Below are positions 46,381-60,183 of a DNA stretch of 64,000 bases, piece by piece. The position numbers and the translations under genes were made by a program. The first letter of the stretch is position 1, and the number at the start of each line of letters is the position of its first letter. The stretch is from Chrysomallon squamiferum. Lineage: Eukaryota > Animalia > Mollusca. The stretch lies in NCBI GenBank assembly GCA_012295275.1, contig CM022674.1, positions 13,082,001-13,146,000 on the forward strand. The letters run 5' to 3'. The notes under the pieces are model-generated. The model did not search any database. It was not told the DNA's origin and saw only the letters and a list, made by a program, of their open reading frames with translations.

Positions 46381-49300
46381 CATACATACTCACACACATA
46401 CATACACACACACACACACACACATACACACACACACACACACACATACATACTCACACACATACATACATACATACTTGCATACATAGTAAGTACCTAT
46501 AGTTAAAGAAATCAGATATATAAAATATTTCTCGAAATTAGGATTATAATTACAAATGCAATAAGCATAATATTTCTGTACTTTTTGATTTTTTTTTTTT
46601 AACAACTATTCATGGCAAACATTTATTATCAATTTTTAAATTTTAAAAATTTTTTAACTTACATGTGTTTACAAAGGCAATACAGTTTTTATTGAAAAGA
46701 ATAATGGTATTAAAAGTTAGTTGAATATCCAATGACATTTCCATACAATGGTTTAATCATACCTAGACACTCAAAATACCAAAGTAAAGAAGAAAAAAAT
46801 GAACATAAAATGTCTGCTTAAATTTAATTCACTTTTTCTTTCTTTCATTCAATGAATAACAAAAGGTGTGTGGTTTAAAAAAATTTTTTTTTTTAAATTC
46901 ATGCAGTGATACGATTTTGTGATAAATACTAAATAAATGTGTATTAAATTTCAATGTTTCGGTTTGTTAAAATACAAATAGTTTTTCTCTCTGCCAAAAA
47001 AAGAAAGTTAATGTTAGTTTTAACATGGTTTTGTCACATTTTAAAGTTGGAATATTGTTGCTGTATAATGGTTCTGCCTATTTTAATTTTAAAATCTGTG
47101 ATTTTTACTACCTCTGGAGAGAACAGAAAACATGAATGGATCTGGCCAACATTATAACATTTTTAAATAAGAAAAGAAGAAATGAAGGAAGTAAGGAGGG
47201 AGGGAGGGAGGGTGAAAGGACAAATGAGACAGAATAGGAACTAGATGGATACACACAGAGAGAGAAATGGTGTAAAAATAAGCTATATAGAGAGAAATGT
47301 GTGTGTGTGTATGAGATGGAAAGAAAGAATGTGCAGACTGAAAGACAGAATACAAAATCACAAACACTTTTTTCTTTTGACATGTTTAAAGACTTTCATA
47401 GATTAATTTTTATTTACTTAACGTCATTTAACAGTATTTTTTTAAAGAAAAAAAAAACATTATTTATTTTTATTTCATGTTTACCCAGATTTACCCAGAA
47501 ACATCATTTTAAATCTCTTTTTCTCACGTTACCAAAAAATATCCATCATTTCATTTCTTTCTCTCACCTTTCACATTCTGTTTTACAAATCTGTTTCTTT
47601 ATCTCTCTGTACTTCTGTCCTGTATTTTTTCTTATTTTTTAAAATTTTGTTTTATGACCTTACACACTACTATTTAAAGAAGACAAATAATGTTGATTAT
47701 CTGGACTAGGCTAAAACAGCAAATTTTGGTTTCCACTTTCGACTGGGTGGGGAGGAGTTGTTTGTTTCTTTGGGGTTAAGAGCTGCTTCGCCGCCCGAGT
47801 CTGTTTCTGAAATGTCAAACAGCATCTGTTCCTAACCCCTCCCGACTCCTCACTGTAAACATGCAGATAACCTGCTGCAGAAACACTTCCATTTACATCA
47901 ACTCATTAGTTTTAGCATTTCTGCCCTCTTCTATAACTTGTCCTCTTCTATAACTTGTCCAGGTCTTTCGTCTTGCTAGCAGTTGATGGTGGGGGTTTTG
48001 TGTGGGTTTTTTTTTGTGTTGTCTTTTCTTGTTCTGAAAATAAAAATTTAGGAAAACAATTTTTGAATCAGAAATGTTTTTGTTTAAAATATTGTTTACT
48101 TGGATGTGAAGTATGTAAGTATGTAGATGTATGCAGATATATAAAGATAAAAAAAATAAATAATAATAATCAGACAGTACAATCAACATAAACATCAGGC
48201 ATAACACCCACACCCACACACACACACACACACACACATGCACATGCACACACACTCACTCACACAGACACACTTGTATACATAACCCTTTATATCCAAA
48301 CTTCAAAGAAAACCAGACAAAGTTTATCAAATGTTTATTAATTATTTTCATTGTTTTTCAGTTTAATCATTTGCTGAAATGTTTTCTTTTCAAACATTTA
48401 CTCTTTACAATTTACTCAAAACACAAAATAATGTTTGAGTGACAAATAAAATTCTGATTATATTAGTTATATAATAACAAGAGTTAGTGGATGTATAATG
48501 AAAAATATTGGTTGTGTGACAGAAAAATATTGGCCTCATAACAAAAAAAAAATATTTTTAAGGCTTTGAGATGCTTTTTTTTTTACATTTTAAAATTGTG
48601 TTTAACTGAACTTTGTTAGAATCTTACTTGAAAATTCAGATTTTTTTTCTTCTTCTTCTTTCTTTCTTTGTCACGTCTGCAGGGAAGGTAGAACACTCAC
48701 CTCATCAGCATGCATTTTACCTGCACAAATTTGCATTAGTTACCTGAATGTGCACGTTCGTTTATTTCCTCAAGAGCAGTTCTCAATTGTTACCTGCGCT
48801 CAACGCATATTGAAAACAAATTTACACCTTTCTTTCATGCTGTCGCTATGGTTATTAATTGATTACCTAATCAATATGCATTTTACCTGTATATGATTCA
48901 TTCTAGTTATTTATGCATGAGTATTCACCGATTTTAATTGTTACTTGTCCTCATTTGCATAATGAATCTAATTTACACCTTTATCTGTTTGAAGTTTTGA
49001 CGTTGTTGAAAGACGACTGCATCAAAATGCAATTTTACCTGTTCAAGTGTTACTCACTGATAATCCTAACAATGCTAATTAGTTATTAGTTATAATTATT
49101 TACACCTTTTTAGTTTGATTAAGCTCTATTTAAACAGAATCATTGTACATATTTAATAACACAGTTGTGTGAAAATATTATAATTAATACCTGTATGCAT
49201 ATTTCTTTTATAGTCTGTTAATTAAGTAAATACAAGCCTGCCTTAACACTATAAACAATACATACATTATTTACTGAAGGTTTGTTCACAATTTTTTTTT

Positions 49301-49519
49301 TTTTTTTATTCTCTTCTTAGTAATATTCTTACTAACCAAAACAGACCTGTAAAATTATCTCTTTTATTTAATTGTTTTCATATTTCCAATTCCAGAATGT
49401 TGTGTAATGTTATTTTCATCAAGCATATTTTTTACCTGGTTATACCTTTTATTACATACCTTTTATTTATATCTGCTCATTCTGTTAAAAACCATGACCA
49501 ATATACACCTGTAAAAACG

Positions 49520-49550
<31 letters not shown>

Positions 49551-50090
49551 CATCCATCCATCTCTTTATACATCTATTATCATTATCATTCATCATCATC
49601 ATCATCATCATCATTATTATTTTGTCTCAGACCATAAACATTTTCTAATAACTTTTATTTTCAACAGTCATGTTCACACCTTAATTACCTGTAAGCTGCC
49701 CTTTCTATTAAAACCACTGACCAACACACAGACACACCTGTAAAAATTATCTCAGTTTTATACATTTTTTTTTTGGTTTGTTTCTGGTCCACGAACGTTT
49801 ACAGCCTTCATTGAGCGAATCGGTTCCCTGCTGCTTGGAGCCGATAACCATCTGAAATTCCTTTCTCCTCTGTAAATTGCTTTCAGCATTTCACGCCTCG
49901 GTGAACTCGTAGAGGAGAGAAAGAAAGAAAGAAAGGAAAAAAATGACTTGTTCTACAACTGTTCCGATGGCTTAAACTCCATTAAGATCTTGTCTGGTGT
50001 GTTACAACCTCGTATTCCACTCACTTGGTTAAATACCAGTCGTATATCTCTCAGCTCGCTGTGTTTGTTAACCTTTTAATATGGCTTGAC

Positions 50091-50154
<64 letters not shown>

Positions 50155-51704
50155 CTTTTCTTTTTTTTAAAACTTGTTTTTATTGTGATGTTGGGAAACT
50201 GGTAATTGTTGGAATCCTTTTAATATGGTTTAATTTGAATTTATCTGATTTTTTTTTTTTTTTTTCTTTCTTGTTTTTTGTTGTATTGGTTTTAAAAAAA
50301 TGGTATCCATTAGGTTAACTTTGTAATGTTTTTTTTTTTTTTTTTTTTTTTTTTTGATTTTTGTGTTGTGGATAATTTCAGAGTATTATAGATTTTTAAA
50401 TGTAATTAATGAAGTGAAATAGAGAGACAGATGGAAAAACAGATATGAACTGAGAGATGAAGACAAATAGAAAGAAGAGAGAAAGATGGAAATGAAATTC
50501 TAACTAAAATAAACAAAATGAAATGACAAACAAAAAAACCCCTCCCCTTAAAAAAAATAAAAAACTCCAACAAAAACAAAACATGCAGAAAATATAAATC
50601 TTGAGTATGTATGTTTAGTAACCTTCCTTGATTTTACTATAATTTCCAAGATGTATAAACAACCATAAACACATTCTTAATAAGAACAAACACAGGTAAC
50701 AGCAAAATCCCTGCATTCAGCTCAAAAAAAAAAAAAAACCATGAATTAAACCAAGCACTCTTTCTCTGCACCATCATGTATGTCTGCATTTCACATCAAA
50801 AACCTTTCGTTTTATGTGCTGTTCTTCAGATCCGTAGATTTTCCTGGTTTTGTCCCATCGATTACTTCAGTTTTATGGCCCAGGTATTACCTGCTGAGAA
50901 ATTTATTCCTTTGCACCCTGTTGTCTTGACTGTCATAAAGTGTCAGGATTTATTTGTCAGTTCAGATCTGTTTTGAAGACGTAAATACAGATATCATCGA
51001 AGATGGATGACAAAAAACAAAAAAAAAAAACCTGAAAAACGTTAAAGATGGATTGAAACAAAAACTGAAAAAACCAACAGAAAACAAAAAAAAACATTAC
51101 TGGGATTTTGTTTTCTTAAATGCAGTATGATGTGGAATGCAGCCTGCTGTATTGACTCGGTTTAAATTAACAGGTGTGAATGGTTGTAAGTTCTGTCGTG
51201 TCTTTGAACAGTAATGTTCTCATTTAGTTTGTGAAATGGACGGAGACTAATGGACAAAAACACCAGTAGACGACAATTTTTGATCTCGGTTTTAATGTTT
51301 GAAAGGTGGAGGGGGGTGGGTTAATAAAAAATAATCCATGTAATACTTGTCCCCTGGGGAGACCAGGATGTGGTTTGATAATACTGCTGCTTTGATGTGT
51401 GGGAGGATTATAGGATTATAGGATTTATGGTGGACAGTAATGTGAAACAGATGTTATGGGATTTTGGAAAAATATTTGTATGATTTGTGGAAGAAAGAAT
51501 TTGTTACGATAAATTATAAATTTCTTTATGTTAGTAAATTTTTATATTCTGAATGAGTCTGAAGACATTTTGTAGATGATTTAATAATAGTAACAATGCA
51601 ACAACAACAACAATAACAACTATTATAATAATAATAGTAATGGACATAATGGTTATACTTTTGTTATCATCATTATTACTCTTATTATTATTGTCCTTCT
51701 TTTT

Positions 51705-51746
<42 letters not shown>

Positions 51747-51773
51747 CTTCTTCTTCTTCTTCTTCTTCTTCTT

Positions 51774-51804
<31 letters not shown>

Positions 51805-52397
51805 TTATTATTATTATTATTATTATTATTGTTATTGTCACTGATGTATAAATACAAAACTCTCAGTAGAAAAATGAAGCAACAAAGGAATAAATACTTA
51901 AACATTAAAACCGTTCGTCAAACAAATTCTCACACCGAACTGAACGGAATTGGTAAAAAGCCACGTTGTTCTCCGAGGCTAAAATGTAATCTACTGAAGC
52001 CGTATTGATGTTAATTAACCTTCTCTTAATTATCTAACAATGCCTGAACACTTCGGCAACACCACCACCACCATCGCCACGCAGAATCCAAGATGCAACG
52101 CTGACATTTTGAAACATTCCTCGTGGCTTTGCTTTGTGAGGAGAAGAAAAAAAAGAAGAAGACGAAGAAGAAGAAGAAAAAAACAGGTGTAATTGAAGAA
52201 GGTTTAATGTATTCGGGTTTGATGACGTCCCAAGCCTTTGGCTAGCTGTTATCTCTCTCTCTGGTGAAAGATGAATACAAAGATTTATTTGTCCGCTGGC
52301 AGGAGAGAAAGAAAGAATGAAAGAATGAATGAAAGAAAGAAACAGGAAGGAGAAGAAAAAGGTGTTGAAAGAATGTTAGTGAGAAAAAGAAGAGGAA

Positions 52398-52467
52398 ATG
52401 AATAATAATAATAAAAAAACCAGCAGCAATATAGTACTAATAGCAATGACTAATAATTATAATAATA

Positions 52468-52527
<60 letters not shown>

Positions 52528-52713
52528 GTTATAATAGTAATAATAATAGCAATATTAGTAGTACTTGTAGTAGTAATAATAATAATAATAAAAATAATAA
52601 TAGTAATAGTAATAATAATAATAATAATAATAATGCTGATAGTTATAATAGTAGTACTACTACTAGTAGTAGTAGTAGTAATAATAATAATAGTAATAAC
52701 AATAATAATGTTA

Positions 52714-52749
<36 letters not shown>

Positions 52750-52842
52750 GTAATAACAATAATGTTAATAGTAATAATAATAATAATAATAACAGTAACA
52801 ACAATAATAATAACAGTAATAATAGTAATAATAATAATGTTA

Positions 52843-52875
<33 letters not shown>

Positions 52876-52912
52876 GTAATAACAATGTTAACAGTAATAA
52901 TAGTAATATTAA
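52398..52912. repeat. ~510 bp (AAT/AGT/AAC)n repeat
   Basis: Direct reading. Explains the poly-N ORF 52398-52964. Confidence 0.95.
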
Positions 52913-53629
52913 TACAGAAACGCACACTAAAACTCACATAAATAACACACATTTAGGAAGCTGAAGGAAAGAGAAATATAATTTTAAAAACTGATGCCAG
53001 TAAAAACAGCAACACACGAAGTAACAAAAAACAACAACATGCGAACATAAGATGAATGGTAAAATAATGGTGTTCTGCACACACGAGTGACGTCTGTCTG
53101 TCTGTCTGTCTGTAAACAAGATGTGTCTGCAATCTCCATCACATTTCTCAGTTAGTGTCATTAAATAATTATAAAACATGTGTGTGATTGATTCAACAAG
53201 CTTTTTTTTTTTTTCTTCCTTTCTTTTTTTTTTTTTTTTTTTTTTTTTAAAGTTAAAATAACTTAAATGAAAAAAACAGATTTTGTCAGTTCTGTGGGGG
53301 TGGGGGGAACAGGAAATGAGGAGTATTTATTTTGAGATTTTCCCCTGTCATGCAGTGGTGAGGTCAGTTGAAGTTTTTTTTTTTTTTTGATTCCTGGATC
53401 AGTCTTTGTCAGTGTATTCATGGGCTTTTTTCCAGTTCTAATTGGTGCTTCAAAGGCTGGGATTAATTTTGAAATTCCTTTTTCTTGGAGACTGACATGG
53501 AAACAAATCTAATAATTGTTTAAAAATGGTCTCTAGATGTATTCTGAAAAATTGCTTTTCAGAAATCTGTGAAAAGAAGGTTTTTTTTTTTTTTTGTAAT
53601 TATTATTTTTATGGAAGTAAATGGAATGT

Positions 53630-54085
53630 ACTTTGAGAAAACCCCTTGCAGAACTTGCCTGTCGAACACCCTGCTTTTGTTAATTCCAGAAATGTTAACA
53701 ACATAAACAGTAATTTGAGAAAACCCTTTATAGCGATTTGAATGAACCACATTAATTTTGGCATTAACTGAAATATTATTAAACTGAATATTTCGAGAAA
53801 AACACCTTGCTTGAAATATTTATTTTTGGCATTTACTAAATAATTATGTTTTTTGAGAAAACCCTTGCAGGATTATGTTATTTTTGTAGTACCTGGAATA
53901 TTAAACTAAATATTTTGAGACAGTCCCTTAACATTAATACATTAATTTTGGCAGTATTATTATGGATATTACAGAAAATATTTGTTTGAGAAAACCCCCT
54001 TGTAGACAAATTCCAGAAACATTAATTTTAGCTATAACTGTTGTATTAAACTAAATATTATTTTGAGACAACCCCTTGTAGAAAC
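53630..54085. repeat. Degenerate tandem repeat, ~7 units of 60-85 bp anchored by TTTGAGAAAACCC(C)TTG
   Basis: Anchor at ~53632, 53715, 53793, 53852, 53914, 53985, 54062. Second motif ACATTAATTTTGGCA also recurs. Confidence 0.75.
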
Positions 54086-56559
54086 CTGCATGAAAGGTGT
54101 TTATCAGGTATGTAACGAGTTTTCAGGTGAAAATGTTACCTGTACAATGTATTTGCAGGCAGATCAATAATTCTGCCATTGATTTAAGATTACGAATTAT
54201 AGATTGATTCTAGAATCTGCTGAAGTGTCAGCATAAATAGAAGGTTTGAAAACATTTGGAACGATCAAGAATAATGAGGTCAATGATTAAATGTAGAAAA
54301 TTGAACGAGACTTTTATATCAAACTTACCTGTTTTTAATAGTGCATTTCTCACCTATACTTTTAATGGCGTCTTTGATTTTTGTCTAATTTTAACCGTTT
54401 TTTTCTGTTTCTAAAACAAGATTGTTTTTTGTATTTTTACTCTAATTAACAACTGATATAGCAAGTCCAAGGATTCATAGAACCAGTCTTCCTAACTGCT
54501 ATCTTTGGGTTTTTTACTGTTCCAACTAGTGCCTCAGAATAGAACAGATTTGACAGTGTATGTGATATAGGTGTGAGTGTGTGTGTGTGTGTGTGTGTGA
54601 ACTGAATGTGCCATTTTGATATGCAGTAAATAAAGAAATAATAATAAGTGAGAATTGAATTTTTACCATTTTTTTTATTCACTTTATTAATTATAAATAG
54701 TTTGACGGACATTCAGTACTTATAAACTAAAAAAATATTTTGATGAATTATTTATTCCTTTTGCCTTGCACTATTTACAAAATAAATCAATACTGAAATT
54801 AAAACAAACTTGATATTGTTAAAATTTAAACAAAATTTATACATAAAACAGAGATTTTAAATCTGTTTTCTGTATGAAGTTTGTTTTCTAATCACCAATA
54901 TATTTGCAATTGATTTATAAAATATCTCTTTACAACTGATTTATAAAATATTGCTCTTGAAATTGTTTAGAATGTTAAGTTAATTCTAGCACTAAAGATA
55001 GGCTACATATTTTACAAAATCCGAGGGTAAATATTGTTTATACATGAATCTGTTATTGGATATTATGTTAAAATATTCTTACTGCAGGCAGTAACTGAAA
55101 GGATTCAAAATGATGTTCAAGTCAAGTATGTGATAAAAAGCTATACCAGGTTTAGATATATAAAAAAATAAAAAAATAAAAATTATTAAAAATATAATAA
55201 AAAAAGTTAAATTTAACATTTATCTTTTTAATGTTTAAATTACTCTCTTTTTTATTTATGTTGGTTATTTAATTAAATTTGTTTATATTTAAATTATTAT
55301 TTTTTTATATGTTTAGTTAGATTTTTTTTTTTTAAGTAATTAAATTTATTTTAAGATAATTATTTTTTTTTTAATTATTATTTCTTGTGTGTATTTAAAT
55401 TTTTTTGCTTTATATTTAATTTTTTTTAAGAGACATATATAAAGTATTTTTTTTTAATAATATATTTTTGTCCTTCATTATATGCAATTTTTTTTTTTTT
55501 ACCTTTTTAATTAAAGTATTTAATAACTAAACATATTTAAACTACCTTTTATATGAATAATTTTTTTATATATTTCAATTATTATTTTTTTAAATCATCA
55601 TTTTTTTATTTTTTACATTAACTTTTTTATTTATATATTTAGATTTTTAACTTTTTTTTTATTTATTTAATTTAAAAACTTTTTTTTATATAAATCTAAA
55701 TTATCACTAACCTTTTTAATGCATATTTTACATTATTATTTTTTTCATACATTTAAATTATCTCTCTCTCTCTTTTTTTTAAAATTAAAAATCATTTTCA
55801 TTGCATCAACTTTGTAATACTATTTAAATTCGTATGTCAATATAACACATTTATGTCCTTGGGCGAGATATCACTGATATTCAATACTGATTCTAATATT
55901 CACCTACCTGTCTGCCTCCATGAATACAATCCTGCATTAACACAACAACATCGCCAACGTCGCCAGGTTTTTTTTTTGTAGTCGAGGACAAGTGATAGGG
56001 ACTTGGTTTGCAAAGCATGTTGAAATGCAATAGGCCATAAATTACGCTGGTAAACCAAAAAAGATTAAAATATCAAACGTGTACCAGTTGAAATTAATTG
56101 ATGTTGGTTTAAGCTGATCTTTTGTTAGCAGCTCTTGCTTGTAAAACTAGCTCATCTTTATTTATTGTACGTTCTGTAGGAACAGTAAATTATTTATTAA
56201 CAGCCTTTCTTCAGTTAAAAGCACGGTATTTGTTTGTTGATGGTTTTATATTCATTATGATATAGTCTTTTGTTGAAAGAAACAAAACGACAATGTACTG
56301 TGGTTTTCAACAACAAAAAGGTTGGGCTTAAAAAAAAAAGATGCATTATTCACAGAGTATATTATGCATTGATCTACTGAACTTCCAGTTAAAACAATAG
56401 TATATGTTTTATGGGTAGAGTCTTACTTACTATTTTGTTTTTTAACCAAAGAATATAAAATTTTAAACATATGGTGTAATATACATTGATATACTGATCT
56501 TTAAGTCAGAGCCTATTTTGCTGGGTTGAGTTTCATTTGACATTGGATTGTTTGTTAAA

Positions 56560-57085
56560 AATACTTATCTATTCACAAGCTGCAGTATGGTATGTCAATA
56601 CCCAAGTCTTCAGTGAAACTATATAGTATATGTCATCATTATACAGCTATTTATTTGAAAACACTGTTTTTTCCATAGGCTATGACATGTAATAATACTA
56701 AAACCCCAATCTTCAGTGTAAAACTTTAATGCAGCTTTATAACTGATAATGTATTTATCTGTTACAAACGTGTTAGTAGGCTATGTTATTTTATATTAAT
56801 ACCTAAATCTTCAATGAGAAACCTTAATGCAGATTTATTTATAATTACACACTTTGCTGTTAAAAACACATCTGTGTTAACAGACTATGTCAAGTTATAT
56901 TAATGTCCCAATCTTTGGTGAGAAACTTTAAAACAGCTTTATTTATTGTAACAGATATTTGTTAAAAAAAATGTTTTCCTAGGCCATGTATGGTATATTA
57001 TATTAGAATCCTATTCATTGGGGGAAAACTATATAGTCTATCATTGCAGGATAGAGTTTTAATTATGTAGTTCTTAGGCTGTATT
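56560..57085. repeat. Degenerate tandem repeat, ~5 units of ~100-105 bp
   Basis: AATACCCAATCTTCAGTGAGAAACT-like block at ~56597, 56700, 56798, 56902, 57007, alternating with TAGGCTATG-like blocks. Confidence 0.7.
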
Positions 57086-57497
57086 AAAATTCACAACTGA
57101 TGTTTTTCTTGGTGACATTCTGTCTGTCTGTCTGTCTGTGTCTGTGTATGTAAACGATACACTATACATTAATACCCCTCCCATTGCTAGCATCTTCATT
57201 TTTTGGAACACACACACACACACACTTCATTAATACCTTTTGTACTGTTAAAACTGTAAATAATATCAGTTTTCACAGTATACAGTATCTGATACATCAG
57301 CATCCACTCATTTGTAAAACTCTTCAGTGATTGCTTTTTCTCAGTTTCTTACATCAATATACATGTTAATTGTGCAAGGATACACAATACACTGTTTACT
57401 TTTAAAACATATCTTTTCATGTATCTGTTGCAAGGGTACGGTGTACCATGACTTAGTACCCAGTGAATTGATATGTTTACTGCTGTATAGTTTGTCA

Positions 57498-57685
57498 TGT
57501 AATACTTGCCTTAAAACATATTTATATACATAATACTTACTTTTTCATTAAAGTCCATTTTTTTGGTATAATACTTATTTTTTTTCATTAAACCTATATA
57601 TTCATGTAATACTCGCTCTTTTCATTAAAACCCATTTATTCACTTAATACTTACTTTTTTTCACGAAAATCAATTTATTCATAAT
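57498..57685. repeat. Minisatellite, ~5 x 30-40 bp (TAATACTTACTTTTTCATTAAA...)
   Basis: Direct reading. Confidence 0.75.
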
Positions 57686-58366
57686 TATAACACATGTTCT
57701 TCCATTAATATTTCATGGTAGATTAAATACGGAGTTTATCTAACAGTTGTTTATTAAAATTAGTTTATTCACATTCAAAATACCTGGGTCAAACTTTCTC
57801 AGGGCACATGTCATTGGATGATGCATTGAGTATATGTATTGTTTGAAACACTGTGCAGATATCTGTTACATATAAATAAAGGCTGGTTTTTCATGTTAAG
57901 CTTATCAATAATTAACATTAACCCAAGTCAGGACAACAAATGCTGCTGGTAACAAGATATATTGGAGAAAGAACATTTCATATTTTGGTTTTGTTTTATT
58001 GGAAAGAATGAACGAATGAATGAATGAATGAATGAATGAATAAAAAGAAAGAAATAATAAATATATTTGTAATATTGTGTTACAGAAGGTGTAAATAATG
58101 TATTTAATATAAACATTGTCAAGTGTATGCAATAGTAAAAACAACAACAATAAGTCATTGTGGTAGCAGTTGTGGTGGTAGTTGTATTGGTAGCAGCAGT
58201 AGTTGCAGTAGATTAATAAAAACAGCTAAAGCAGCAACAGCATAATAAATTGTAAGTGAATGAATGAAAAATAATAACTACAGCAACAGCAGCAACAACA
58301 ACAATAATGATAATAATAATAACAACAACAACAATAATAACAACATTAATAGTAATAATAATTGTT

Positions 58367-58399
<33 letters not shown>

Positions 58400-58802
58400 A
58401 AAAACAACTCTAATACAAACTGTGACATTACAGTTTTGAAATTTCACACTTAAGACAAAGTCTTCAGTTTGCTGATTTTGTTTTCTCAACCTTGGCTATT
58501 TCCCGAATTCCTAGAAAAACTTCACTTGTTGTAAGAACATGTCTGACATTCTGGGTCACCCAAGGTCAAACGATTTGATTGGTTAATCTTTTTGTTTCCT
58601 TAGCACCGACCCCCAAGGTCAGTAGATCAAAGTGTTTGACAATGCAGGTGTGACAAGATTTACTTTTTGTTTACCTGGAATCAGTTGCCATGGTAAATAA
58701 TTCTGAGGTTAATGATTTTTGAAAAATTCACTTTTGAGTGAAACTTGTGTTTGTTGTGAGATTGTTTTTGTAATTTGTATTTGTGTGTGAGTGAGTGAGT
58801 GA

Positions 58803-58834
<32 letters not shown>

Positions 58835-58846
58835 GTGAGTGAGTGA

Positions 58847-58901
<55 letters not shown>

Positions 58902-59584
58902 TAAGAGTATATCTGTATTTGTTTTCAAGTCAGTAGGTGCATTATCATTGTATAGGGTATATATATTACATGATTTAAAAAATTTTAATGATTTTTTTGT
59001 ACTTTATTTTAGCAGGTAAAAAATGGTTTTGGCTTTTAAGAGCATCACATTATTTTCTTGCTTTCTTTTTTTTCTGCCACATTCAATCTTTTCTTGCCTT
59101 TAATTTTAATTTCTTCAAATACCAGTGTTTGGAATTGGAAATAACACAAAGGGCAAGTTTGTGATGGAAATCTCGTGATACTGAAATAAATAAAAAAAGA
59201 AGAAATTAATAAGCTTATTTTTAACAGGGATTATTACATTATTTTCTGAACCAGGGCCATAACACGAGTCTAAATGGAAATAAAACTGCAATATATGCAA
59301 ATTAGTTTTCGCAGTGAAAGCATGATTTCAAAATAACCACAATCACATTAAAAGAAGCTATGCTTATTACAAAAACTGGCCAAAAAGATGCACATTAATT
59401 CCATTTTATGTTATTGTGAGGAAACGCTGGAATTGCTCGTCACTTTGAAGATGTTTGAAATTTCATTGCCTCTTTTGATAGCTGGCTTTGTCTTGATCTT
59501 TGTGTTGTCGTTGGTTACCGCGTTCCAGGTCAGCCTGCCACTGCTGTGACAAAATCAATGATTCCTTGATTCCGTGAAATCCAC

Positions 59585-59830
<246 letters not shown>

Positions 59831-60147
59831 AAAGAAAGAGTTGGTTACTTTAAACAGCAGAGAGAAATTTATGCTGATCTTTTGGGGTTTGGATGGCATG
59901 TGTTTGTAATGGAAGATTTGGTGTGTGTGTGTGTATATGTGTGTTCATGCACATGATTATATATTTTCATTGATATGCTTTTATTATAAATTATGTGTTT
60001 GTTTTAAATTTATTTATTTATTTATTATATTTATTTAAGTATATACTTTTATATATTTTTTGATTATACTTCATATTTATTTTTTGTTATGTTACATTTC
60101 TGTATATTTTATTTTCATTATAAATTGTATATGCTTTTTTTGATTTT

Positions 60148-60183
<36 letters not shown>

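Noticed and set aside
51237-51256. TGGACGGAGA, matching the first 10 nt of miR-184
   Set aside because: The match stops at 10 nt and there is no complementary arm.
54082-54107. Possible 26-nt exon (ETCMKGVYQ) with a good CAG|GTATGT donor
   Set aside because: The acceptor is part of the tandem-repeat unit and lacks a proper pyrimidine tract.
53630-57085. CRISPR-like repeat/spacer appearance of the 60-105 bp degenerate arrays
   Set aside because: The spacers are themselves related to each other, the repeats are not identical, the context is eukaryotic and there are no cas genes.
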